Below are positions 1-8,495 of a stretch of 27,002 nt of DNA, piece by piece. The stretch is from contig JBHLNT010000043.1 of the NCBI GenBank assembly GCA_048941265.1, forward strand, positions 1 through 27,002. The letters run 5' to 3'. The position numbers were made by a program, and so were the translations under genes. The notes under the pieces were generated by a model that did not search any database, was not told the DNA's origin, and was given only the letters and a program-made list of their open reading frames with translations. Source of the DNA: Promethearchaeota archaeon (GTDB taxonomy: Archaea > Asgardarchaeota > Lokiarchaeia > Sigyniarchaeales > SOKP01). Within the stretch, counting starts at the first letter, position 1; every line of letters begins with the position of its first letter.

Positions 1-1745
1 TAAAATGTTACTTTATCTAATAAGTTTTTAAATTGAGATTTGGGAATATCTGTTGCCCCAATAAAAAATCCAACAATTTTATGTCCTCTATTTGATAATT
101 CAATCATAATTTTTTTAGCTTTACTCCAGTTGTAGATTCCAAAATCAGTAATTATGAAAACCAATACTCTTCTCTCTGCTTTTTCACATTGAGTAGCTAT
201 TGCTTTTATGGGTAGAATTGTTCCACTGCCTTGATATCTTAAAAGAGTCTGTTCTGCTATATGATAATCTGAAGTCCATTGGCATATATCTGGTCGACCT
301 GAAAAATTAATAATACTAAATTTCACACCCTTATTCGCTACATAGTGTAATGCAGCAAAAGAGGCTAATAATGCCATGTGATAGGGGCCTCTTCCCTTAT
401 CAGTTTTGGCTGTATAGTTCCACATCATTGAGCCGGAGGAATCAAGCACAATTAAAAGGTCAGGGATTTGTTTTTCGACCATATGACCAGGTCCTTCTTT
501 GAAAACCCATTTTCGAGTAGTTATGTTCGGAATTATAACTGGACTATTTAAAAGAGTTTGAACCACATCTAAATCTTCTATTGGATCTCCAATCCTCCAA
601 GTATCTGGATATACAGGTAATTGTCCTCCTGGTTTTTCTTCATAGATTTTAATTTCAATAAGATTTCTGGCTAATCCACGATACCATGTAGCTAAAGGAC
701 TACCATTTATCAATATTCCAGCTTGGTCTGCTGGGGATCCAAATTCAGAATATGGTGTTTCTTTTGCGAATTCCTCGCTCTTCTGCCTTAATTCATCATC
801 ATTGTCTTTCTTTAATTTATCACGATTTTTATTTTCAAGAGGATTATCCATAATTTCGATTAAATCTTCAGGAAAATCTACACTTCCTCCTCCCTTTCCT
901 GGTGCCTTTCTTCTTGCCTTTCCTTCTTCAGTTTTTACATATTTTCCAATTAACGTAAAAGTGTCGTTAATTAAATTCTTTAGAATCCTTGAAATATTCG
1001 CTACTTTTTTTTCCCAAGTAGACTCATCTTCAAAATCCTTCAAAATTTCTTTGGATACCTTATTTACTAAATTATCTAGTTCGGAAAGAGAATAATAAGC
1101 CTCAATTTTTTGCAAATCTTTATCGGAGATGGAGTTCTCTTCTAATAACTCTGATTTATCTTTAGCTGTTAAAGATTGAATATTAATTTCTTTTACTGAA
1201 TTTATCTTAGAAATTAAATTATCATCAAGCAATTGTTGATTCCACATTTTTTCATATGATCTAAACAAAAATTTTGAGAAATCGCTTAATTTTTCTTTAT
1301 ATATATCAGAGATATGTTCATATCCTTTTTTCAGTTCCCATAACATTAAATCGGGATATTTTTTATATAGCTTTGTATCAATTACTAAATCTGCAAAAAT
1401 ATTAACGACAATCGGTGCAAAATTGGGATTAACATATTTCATTGCTGCTTTTAATAGTTTAGCATGAATTAAACCATCATAAGGAATGATCTCATAATGA
1501 GAGACTTCATGCATAGTAATAGCATGAAAATATTTGATATACTCTTCATCATCCCTAAAAAGAGGAGTATTTGCTAAATTCATGGTAATTTGCCATTTAT
1601 GATCAGGATCAATATAAAAACCCTCTTTATGGGTATAATCAAACACAAATTTTGGCTGTTCAAGAGGGGGATAATAAAATTCCCGTAATGTTTTTCCCCA
1701 AGCCATTTGTGCTAAATTAATTATTTTTTTATCTTTAGGTGTCAA
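1..1745 (-). CDS. VWA-domain protein with N-terminal HExxH putative metallopeptidase domain (MoxR partner); 3' end runs off the window
   Basis: Not in the ORF track; translated by hand, with the same frame holding at the start, both motifs and the window edge. Start TTG at 1745 or ATG at 1706 (MAWEKTLREFYYPP...). HEVSH at 1497-1511 followed by NIFADLVID. C-terminal DLLIVLDSSGSM (MIDAS DxSxS at 429-443), later GSGT and IITDFG completing the MIDAS. Lies directly downstream of the MoxR-type ATPase. Confidence 0.88.
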   Translation of the reverse strand, partial: MTPKDKKIINLAQMAWGKTLREFYYPPLEQPKFVFDYTHKEGFYIDPDHKWQITMNLANTPLFRDDEEYIKYFHAITMHEVSHYEIIPYDGLIHAKLLKAAMKYVNPNFAPIVVNIFADLVIDTKLYKKYPDLMLWELKKGYEHISDIYKEKLSDFSKFLFRSYEKMWNQQLLDDNLISKINSVKEINIQSLTAKDKSELLEENSISDKDLQKIEAYYSLSELDNLVNKVSKEILKDFEDESTWEKKVANISRILKNLINDTFTLIGKYVKTEEGKARRKAPGKGGGSVDFPEDLIEIMDNPLENKNRDKLKKDNDDELRQKSEEFAKETPYSEFGSPADQAGILINGSPLATWYRGLARNLIEIKIYEEKPGGQLPVYPDTWRIGDPIEDLDVVQTLLNSPVIIPNITTRKWVFKEGPGHMVEKQIPDLLIVLDSSGSMMWNYTAKTDKGRGPYHMALLASFAALHYVANKGVKFSIINFSGRPDICQWTSDYHIAEQTLLRYQGSGTILPIKAIATQCEKAERRVLVFIITDFGIYNWSKAKKIMIELSNRGHKIVGFFIGATDIPKSQFKNLLDKVTF

Positions 1746-1878
1746 TTTTTTGTGTGGTTTAGAGATTTTATCATAGTTTATATATGGATTATTTGAATTT
1801 TATATTTTAATAATAATTTTTAGGATTTTATTCAAATTCTGTCTCATTTATTTTTTATTTTAAGCTATTTCTGTATGA

Positions 1879-3603
1879 TCATTCTTCTTTTTGAATATAC
1901 TCTTTATTCTTTAGAATGTTTATCAGTTTTAATGCATCTGAACCTCCTGATATTTGAATATTTACTAAAGATTCATCATCAGTGCCTGTAACGTTAATTT
2001 CCAATAATAAATCTTCTGACCGTATTTGTTTTGTTTGTCTTTTACTAAATGCTTCTTTTACTGGTCCATCTAGATTGGAGAAATCTGATGCGATATCTGC
2101 CCATACTTCTTTATTATCTCGATATTTGAATACAAAATTGGTTACCGTCTGCTTGTATAGTTCTAGATTACACCAATTTATTAAATCAGCTCGATTTGGA
2201 AAGTCAAGATCTTCTAATAAATTATTTCGGATTTTTGATAATTCTTCGATATTTCCTTTCTTGCTGGCATCATTGACTTTTTGAGCTAAATCGGAATAAA
2301 CTTTATCTTTAATAGACTCTACGAATGGAATTAAATCATATTTTACAATTAAATCATTTTTTTCATATCTTTTTAATTCTGATAAATCTGTTTGCTTGGG
2401 AATACCATTTCGAAAGTTTTCTGTGATCTGATAACATATTTCCCGAGTTTTGAATCTTTTTTGAATTAAAGTTAAAATATTTTTGCTAAATTCATATTTA
2501 TTTCCCCAATAGGGAGGTTTTTCCAGTTCTCTTTTTACATAGGCAACTCTATGAGATATCACATAGGGTGCAATGGTATTTACGATATTAATATCAATTT
2601 TATTCAGCCCCATAAGCCATGCTAACGCTTTTGAATATCTTAAAAGATCCTTCGCAACTCTAACTGATAATATTGAATCTATATTATTGCATACATTTTG
2701 GGCAGTATTAAAATGGCACCCTGAACAGAGTCCTGTACTTGGTTTTAAATCTTCAGTATTACCTTTATTAATCCTAGCACATAACGTAAATTCCCTTATT
2801 ATTGCATGGATATAGTTATTTACATCGTTTTCATAAGCTAATTTGTTAACATGATACCAAATTTCCATTAATTCATCTATTGTTAAAATTTTGGGAACTT
2901 GAACTAACTCATCCCAACCACTATATTTCTCATCTTTACCCCTCAGTATCAATTGTAAATCTTGACTAGCTGGCATAGAAATTGGAGAAGATATCCCAAA
3001 TCGATCTAAGAATGGATTTGATAGCTCAAAAGTGCCAACATCTTGAGGATTAATAGTGGCAAATAGACAAAATTTACTAATTGTTGTAATCGAATCATAA
3101 TATTTCACAGTACCCTCTGCCAATAAAGATAACAATATATCTTGAGCATATGGAGTTAATCGATTAACCTCATCAATTATTTTCCAAAAGTTTGTAATAA
3201 AATGACGCCATACAACTTCTTCTTCTCCTTCATGCATTAATTTGCCTAACTTAAGGGTACCAACTAATTTTTCTTCGGTGAGTTGTGGATGTCCTCTGAT
3301 GATAGAGTTTTCTATCTTATTTAGCGAATTACCAGTAAACATTCTGCCTAATAATTTTACGAGCGTTGTTTTTCCGCCTCCGTGACCACCGATTAACAAC
3401 ATTGCAGAATTAGGTACTAAAGCATTTAATACACATAAACTTAAAATTTCTGGTAAGGTTTTTGTTTGAACCTTATTTTTCTCATCTAAATATTTAATAT
3501 TCAAATTCTCAGAATGGACAAATAATTGATTCGCCTGTATTAAATTAATTATTTTCCAAACTTTTTTCCGTAAAAGGTCTTCTTCTCCTAATTTTGTCGA
3601 CAT
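1879..3603 (-). CDS. MoxR-like AAA+ ATPase with Cys4 insertion and C-terminal extension
   Basis: Walker A GGHGGGKT, Walker B IIDEVNR, P..Q..LL..L.EG, sensor I FATINP, arginine finger FLDRF, sensor II SVR; adjacent VWA gene. Confidence 0.88.
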   Translation of the reverse strand: MSTKLGEEDLLRKKVWKIINLIQANQLFVHSENLNIKYLDEKNKVQTKTLPEILSLCVLNALVPNSAMLLIGGHGGGKTTLVKLLGRMFTGNSLNKIENSIIRGHPQLTEEKLVGTLKLGKLMHEGEEEVVWRHFITNFWKIIDEVNRLTPYAQDILLSLLAEGTVKYYDSITTISKFCLFATINPQDVGTFELSNPFLDRFGISSPISMPASQDLQLILRGKDEKYSGWDELVQVPKILTIDELMEIWYHVNKLAYENDVNNYIHAIIREFTLCARINKGNTEDLKPSTGLCSGCHFNTAQNVCNNIDSILSVRVAKDLLRYSKALAWLMGLNKIDINIVNTIAPYVISHRVAYVKRELEKPPYWGNKYEFSKNILTLIQKRFKTREICYQITENFRNGIPKQTDLSELKRYEKNDLIVKYDLIPFVESIKDKVYSDLAQKVNDASKKGNIEELSKIRNNLLEDLDFPNRADLINWCNLELYKQTVTNFVFKYRDNKEVWADIASDFSNLDGPVKEAFSKRQTKQIRSEDLLLEINVTGTDDESLVNIQISGGSDALKLINILKNKEYIQKEE

Positions 3604-3942
3604 TCGGACAATCCTCTCAAGATTTTCAATATTAAATAAGAAGGCATTTGTCTTTTTATTTTTTCTTTTTCAATTTATATTTACAGCCTAGTTTAAGGCA
3701 ATTAACAGTATTCAAATTATAAACTAGAATCCAATATCTCAATAAAATTAATCCATTTAAGAAAAATCGAAATAATTTCAAAAAGTTGACAAGATATAAT
3801 TAGACTTTCTAAAAATAATCTAAATACCTCAAATTATTATCATTTTCATTTTAAGCATAAACAAGTCTCATAAATAAAGACTAAGATAAATTATAAATTT
3901 TGGAAAATATAATCAAATATTAAAAATGACGGCGATTTTTAA

Positions 3943-4596
3943 ATGAATGAAAGTAAAAAATGGTCGGAAGATGAATTAATTAATTTTAAAAAGAAATGGC
4001 AAGCTGTTACCATTCCTATTAATAAGCGAATTGAAAATAATCATGTTGCCCTCGATTTATCTCGGATCAATCAACTTATAATGGATGCCGAAAAAATTGC
4101 TATTACATGGTGCATATGCCGAATGACCCTTCAAAATTGTCAATTCCCGCGAAAAACTTGTATTTCACTTAATGAAAAAGCAGAAATAGATGTTAGTAAT
4201 GGATACGCAGAATATATAAGTCGAGAAGAGGCAATGTCAATTGTTTCTGAGACAGCCAAATTAGGACTAGTCCACTTAACATTAAATCAACCAAATAAAA
4301 CTGATCAATTCCCTTCTGCGATATGCAGCTGTTGTCCCTGTTGTTGTCATGCACTTCAAGGATTGCAATTAATGAACATGAAAGGTCTGATAAAACCAAG
4401 TGAATTTGTATCAACTTTTAATGGTGAGATATGTAATAATTGTAGTACTTGTGCTGATATGTGCCAATTTGGAGCGAGAATATTAAATGCCGATAATAAT
4501 ATTATTTTTAGGCAAGATTTATGCTTTGGTTGTGGTTTATGTGTCGCTTCTTGTCCTGAATCTTTAATTGAACTTATTCCAAGAAAAAGCCTATAA
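3943..4596 (+). CDS. 4Fe-4S dicluster (ferredoxin-like) protein with extra Cys-rich N-terminal metal site
   Basis: CNNCSTCADMC and CFGCGLCVASCP (two CxxCxxCxxxC motifs), plus CICR, further Cys and ICSCCPCCC. Confidence 0.85.
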   Translation: MNESKKWSEDELINFKKKWQAVTIPINKRIENNHVALDLSRINQLIMDAEKIAITWCICRMTLQNCQFPRKTCISLNEKAEIDVSNGYAEYISREEAMSIVSETAKLGLVHLTLNQPNKTDQFPSAICSCCPCCCHALQGLQLMNMKGLIKPSEFVSTFNGEICNNCSTCADMCQFGARILNADNNIIFRQDLCFGCGLCVASCPESLIELIPRKSL

Positions 4597-4655
4597 TGCT
4601 AGACTTTTAAGAGGTGTTGCCATAATGTCTAAATCTCTTAACGATTAGCCTAACA

Positions 4656-5426
4656 TTATTTTTGACCATAAATGATTAAAGACCCTCCATACAAATCTAC
4701 CTTTTTCTTATAAGCTTTAAGAATTTTATTAATAGCACCTGAATTTATATCATCTTGTAATTTTTTGCATCCTGCTTCTATTTCATCCTCCTTCATTAAT
4801 GCAAAAAAAGAATCTCCATCACGGAAATTCTTTTCTAAATAATTTTCAGGTAATTGATTCAAAATAACAGTATCATAATAGCATATCCTTACTCCAATTT
4901 TTGAAAATCCCGTCTTTTTAAGTAGTGAAATTATGTCCTTCACATCGAGAAATCTCTTTAGTTCCGCTTTTAAACCCTCAGGAAAATAATAAGTATACCA
5001 ATATGTATTAATTTGATCATGAGAACAGGTTTGTATTGCTATATGTCCATTTTTCTGGAGGATACGATATGCTTCTTTAAATAGGACTAATTTATTTGAA
5101 ATATGATGAATTACTTGAATGAGATACAATCCATTAAAAATTTCCGAACGAAAAGGAATCCACAAAACATTACTATTTGTATATTCTAAATTAGGAAATT
5201 TATCCTTTGCTTTCTTGATCATACCTAAAGAGAGATCTAAACCGATGACATATTTTACAAACTGCATTAAAGCATTTGTATAATTGCCTGTTCCACATCC
5301 CATATCAAGAACTAATGAATTCTGATCAATATACGTAAATTTTATTAAATCATTAACGGTCTTAGGATTTATCCCTCTACTTAAATCGTATATGTGGCTA
5401 AATTGATCATAATTTATTTCCCTCAT
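4656..5426 (-). CDS. Class I SAM-dependent methyltransferase
   Basis: Motif I VLDMGCGTG, post-I GLDLS..MI, VIHHI, EAYRILQKNG. Confidence 0.9.
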   Translation of the reverse strand: MREINYDQFSHIYDLSRGINPKTVNDLIKFTYIDQNSLVLDMGCGTGNYTNALMQFVKYVIGLDLSLGMIKKAKDKFPNLEYTNSNVLWIPFRSEIFNGLYLIQVIHHISNKLVLFKEAYRILQKNGHIAIQTCSHDQINTYWYTYYFPEGLKAELKRFLDVKDIISLLKKTGFSKIGVRICYYDTVILNQLPENYLEKNFRDGDSFFALMKEDEIEAGCKKLQDDINSGAINKILKAYKKKVDLYGGSLIIYGQK

Positions 5427-5532
5427 TATTAAATCCCATAATTTGCTATTTTTTATAAAAAAGTATAAATATTTATATTTAAGAATTCTTAACTTTTAAT
5501 TAGAAATTTAATATATATAAAAGGTATAAGAA

Positions 5533-6270
5533 ATGGGAATTGAAGATTTAACCCAACAGCAAATGATCGATGGAATTATTGGATTAATATATCCCGCAGT
5601 TGGAATATTGATAGGTGGATTAATCGCATCCAAATATGCTGCATATAAACGAAAAGAGCTTTTATTTGTAGGACTTTCTTTAATTTTCATGACTACGCCG
5701 TGGTTAGCATTAGGAATTACATTTATAACAATGGTTTTTTTTGATTTCGTTTTACAGGATAATATCTATTTTTTTATCTATATTGCATTTGTCGCATTCA
5801 GTTCTATATTCTGGATTTGGGCAATGGCTATACTTTTAGCTCCAGCATCATTAAAAAAAATAGTACCCATCTATTCTGTCGTTTGTCTTACCTATGAGAT
5901 TTATATTATAGCGATGTTGATTATAAATCCCTACTCAATAATGCATAGAGCTGGCCCAATGGAAGTTGATGCAGCGCCTATAATACCCTTATTTACTTTA
6001 TTTGCAGCCGTTTTAGCGCTAGTTACCATGTTTATTTTTGTTAGGAACTTATTAAAATCTGAGAACGTGAAAATGGTATGGAGAGGACGATTTTTATTTG
6101 TGAGTATAATTTGTTTAGTAATAGCCCTAATAATTGTTATATCTAATACAACTAATATAGGATTAATACTAATATCAAGGATTTTATATATTGCTCAATG
6201 TTTCTTTTCATATTTAGGATGGTTATTACCAAATCGAGTTGCGAAATTAATCATAAAAGAAAATGAATAA
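5533..6270 (+). CDS. Stand-alone integral membrane protein, about 7 TM helices, function unknown
   Basis: Seven hydrophobic segments separated by short loops; C-terminal YLGWLLP then a basic tail. Confidence 0.8.
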   Translation: MGIEDLTQQQMIDGIIGLIYPAVGILIGGLIASKYAAYKRKELLFVGLSLIFMTTPWLALGITFITMVFFDFVLQDNIYFFIYIAFVAFSSIFWIWAMAILLAPASLKKIVPIYSVVCLTYEIYIIAMLIINPYSIMHRAGPMEVDAAPIIPLFTLFAAVLALVTMFIFVRNLLKSENVKMVWRGRFLFVSIICLVIALIIVISNTTNIGLILISRILYIAQCFFSYLGWLLPNRVAKLIIKENE

Positions 6271-6286
6271 ATAATGATGTTAAGGG

Positions 6287-6318
6287 TTAGGGATAAGTTC
6301 CTAAATTTTTTTTTTTTT
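6287..6318 (+). terminator. Probable terminator: short hairpin followed by T13
   Basis: TTAGGGA-TAAG-TTCCTAA stem-loop (6287-6304) then 13 T (6306-6318), just after the 7TM gene stop. Confidence 0.55.
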
Positions 6319-6404
6319 GAAATCCTAATTCACTAAAGAGATATGAGTTAATAATAGATATTGAGCTAAATAAGTGTGCAAAAAGATTTAATATCTTTTA
6401 AATT

Positions 6405-6779
6405 TTAAAAATATCCAATATGACCTAAATTGTTATCATTTTCATCTAAAGCATAAACCATTCCCATGGATAAAGCACCCTCGTCATCATCTTCATCTTT
6501 ACTTTTTTTTGTAGGTCTGGCTACTTTTTTAAGAGTTTCTAATTTAAATTTAAAAATTCCATTACATTTTTTGCATTTGACTGAAATAATCTTTATATGT
6601 TTATTTTCCTCTTCGTGCTCTTTCATCTCAAAGGGTTCTAACAATTTAGCGTCTTGGTTATCACAATTTTTTAAGAAGCATTGATCAAGGCTAATTTTTT
6701 CCATACCTCTTCGAGCCAAGGAAATCCAAGCATAGCTAGGAATTTCTAACCTTAAATCTTCCTTTTCTTTTTGTGGCAT
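6405..6779 (-). CDS. Hypothetical protein, possible Zn-binding (CxxxxC ... CxxC)
   Basis: ATG start, CFLKNC and CKKC pairs, acidic/basic low-complexity loop. Confidence 0.7.
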   Translation of the reverse strand: MPQKEKEDLRLEIPSYAWISLARRGMEKISLDQCFLKNCDNQDAKLLEPFEMKEHEEENKHIKIISVKCKKCNGIFKFKLETLKKVARPTKKSKDEDDDEGALSMGMVYALDENDNNLGHIGYF

Positions 6780-7037
6780 GATTCTTCTAAATTTTAATTT
6801 ATGATATTTATTTTTCTATTCTTTTAAAGATCTTAAGATAATTAATTTTTTATTTTATAATTTATAGAAGTTCTGAGAAGAGGGAAAAATTTTACTTCAA
6901 TACCCTTATAATTAATGTAATTTAAAAGCCTTTTTTTATAAAATTCACCTTTTTTAATTATTCTATTGGATTAAACTTAATTATTAAAATACATTTTTTT
7001 CGATTAAATACCATATATAATTGATTTTTTATTGACC

Positions 7038-7343
7038 ATGTCGAATGAAAAAGAATTTTCAAAAGAAACTATTGACCATGTTTCGAAATTAGCATTACTA
7101 GATTTAACTGAACAAGAGAAAGAAAAATTTTCTAAGCAACTAAATGACATAATTTCTTACTTCAAAAAATTGAATGATTTAGACACTACAAATGTCGAGC
7201 CTACAACACACCCTATTGATGGTCTAAAGAATGTTTTTAGAGAAGATATCCCTTGGAAAAGCCTTTCTAATGAGGAAGCTTTAAAAAATGCTCAACATAA
7301 AAAAGATGGATATTTTAAAGCTCCAAGAATTTTAAAAGAGTAA
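7038..7343 (+). CDS. gatC: Asp-tRNA(Asn)/Glu-tRNA(Gln) amidotransferase subunit C
   Basis: HVSKLALL...QLNDIISYF..LN.LDT.NVEPT, NVFRED, ALKNA...KDGYFKAPRIL. ATG at 7038 preferred over TTG at 7032. Confidence 0.93.
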   Translation: MSNEKEFSKETIDHVSKLALLDLTEQEKEKFSKQLNDIISYFKKLNDLDTTNVEPTTHPIDGLKNVFREDIPWKSLSNEEALKNAQHKKDGYFKAPRILKE

Positions 7344-7350
7344 AAATAAA

Positions 7351-8349
7351 TTATTCCTTATATTTTTTTGTAAGGATTTTTATAGCATCAGCCATATCTT
7401 TTAGCGCTTTTCTTCTTTCTGCGGGAGACATATTGTAAAAATCATCTTCAAGAGATGTACTGAACTGATCTCCTGAAGCAATTGCTTTATATTTTTTAAT
7501 AATCAATTTAGAGATATAATCATCATAATGCTCTAAAGCCTTCTTAAGATGGGGGTTGTTTTTTATATTATCCCATAATTCCAAAGTTTCCAGTGATTTT
7601 ATCCCAATATCTATTCTAAACCAGCTAATTGGAAATATTAACTCTCGTTGAATTCCCATTTCTATTATTGCTATATTTTCTTCATCAATGTATAATTCAG
7701 GTAATTTTTCTTCAGAAAAAATAATGTTATCGCTCATGATATAAAGGTTTGCAGCACCTCTACTTGTGCACACGATACCAGTAGCAAAACCTTTTGCCAT
7801 TCGTAATTTATCAGAAATATCTTCTAAACTAGATCCATAAATCTTAAGGTTTTTTTTATTGGTCCCTTGAAATTCAAATTTAATCTTTTTAATTCCAGCA
7901 GCATCAATGATAATTTTTGGGAATAAGTTTTCATCCCTTGTTTTTTTATGAGCCTCCATTAGTTTATTGATTATCTCATGATCTAACGTAAGACCAGGAA
8001 TAACACAGTTTTGATTTAAGAATGCATCAACTTCAAAATCAGCTATACCATAAAAAAGTTTTTTTTCTCTTATGATTCTTTCAATACTATCAACAATAGT
8101 TTTAACTAACGCCGCTGGATCATCTCTAACAGAGGTATATTCTGTGGTTTGAAAGGTATCTATTTGGTCTTCAAGCCCAGTCTCTTTATAGAATTCTGCC
8201 CAACTCATTTCAGTAAATATAGTTCCCTCATCATATAAATTGTGCTGTTTATCAACACTTAAAATGCTTTTATCTCCTCCTAATTCAACACCTTCCTTAG
8301 TTCCTGAAGCTGATATGGCTTTTGGCGGTCTATAAAATTCAATTGACAA
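7351..8349 (-). CDS. Hypothetical protein (332 aa)
   Basis: Long ORF with protein-like composition, TTG start; no recognisable motif. Confidence 0.75.
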   Translation of the reverse strand: MSIEFYRPPKAISASGTKEGVELGGDKSILSVDKQHNLYDEGTIFTEMSWAEFYKETGLEDQIDTFQTTEYTSVRDDPAALVKTIVDSIERIIREKKLFYGIADFEVDAFLNQNCVIPGLTLDHEIINKLMEAHKKTRDENLFPKIIIDAAGIKKIKFEFQGTNKKNLKIYGSSLEDISDKLRMAKGFATGIVCTSRGAANLYIMSDNIIFSEEKLPELYIDEENIAIIEMGIQRELIFPISWFRIDIGIKSLETLELWDNIKNNPHLKKALEHYDDYISKLIIKKYKAIASGDQFSTSLEDDFYNMSPAERRKALKDMADAIKILTKKYKE

Positions 8350-8495
8350 GAATAAACCCTTTTATTATGACATTTATCGCTTTTTTAATAAATCTAATAA
8401 TAATATTCTAATAATGATATAAATAATTAGTGAAATTTTTAGAGCGAATATTTTTTATTCTTAAAGATATAAATTTTAAAATTTCCTTTAAATAA

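Noticed and set aside
1741-1773. Out-of-frame ATG at 1773 upstream of the VWA gene suggesting a frameshift
   Set aside because: In-frame TTG (1745) and ATG (1706) explain the gene without a shift.
802-2815. Plus-strand ORFs 802-1095, 1982-2284 and 2573-2815
   Set aside because: Antisense shadows of the VWA and MoxR genes; Ser/Phe/Leu-rich with no motifs.
3800-3885. Short inverted repeats (TTAGA..TCTAA, AGTCT..AGACT) in the divergent promoter region
   Set aside because: Only 5-bp arms in very AT-rich DNA; expected by chance.
5533-6270. Microbial rhodopsin (schizorhodopsin or heliorhodopsin)
   Set aside because: No retinal-binding Lys in helix 7 and no helix C motif.
6271-6325. Possible eukaryote-like SECIS (ATGA...hairpin...TGA) after the 7TM gene
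   Set aside because: Helix II pairing is poor, the upstream gene has no in-frame TGA, and a terminator explains it better. TGA-ending genes (MoxR, ACD paralogue 1, rpiA) hit another stop within a few codons, so there is no Sec read-through.
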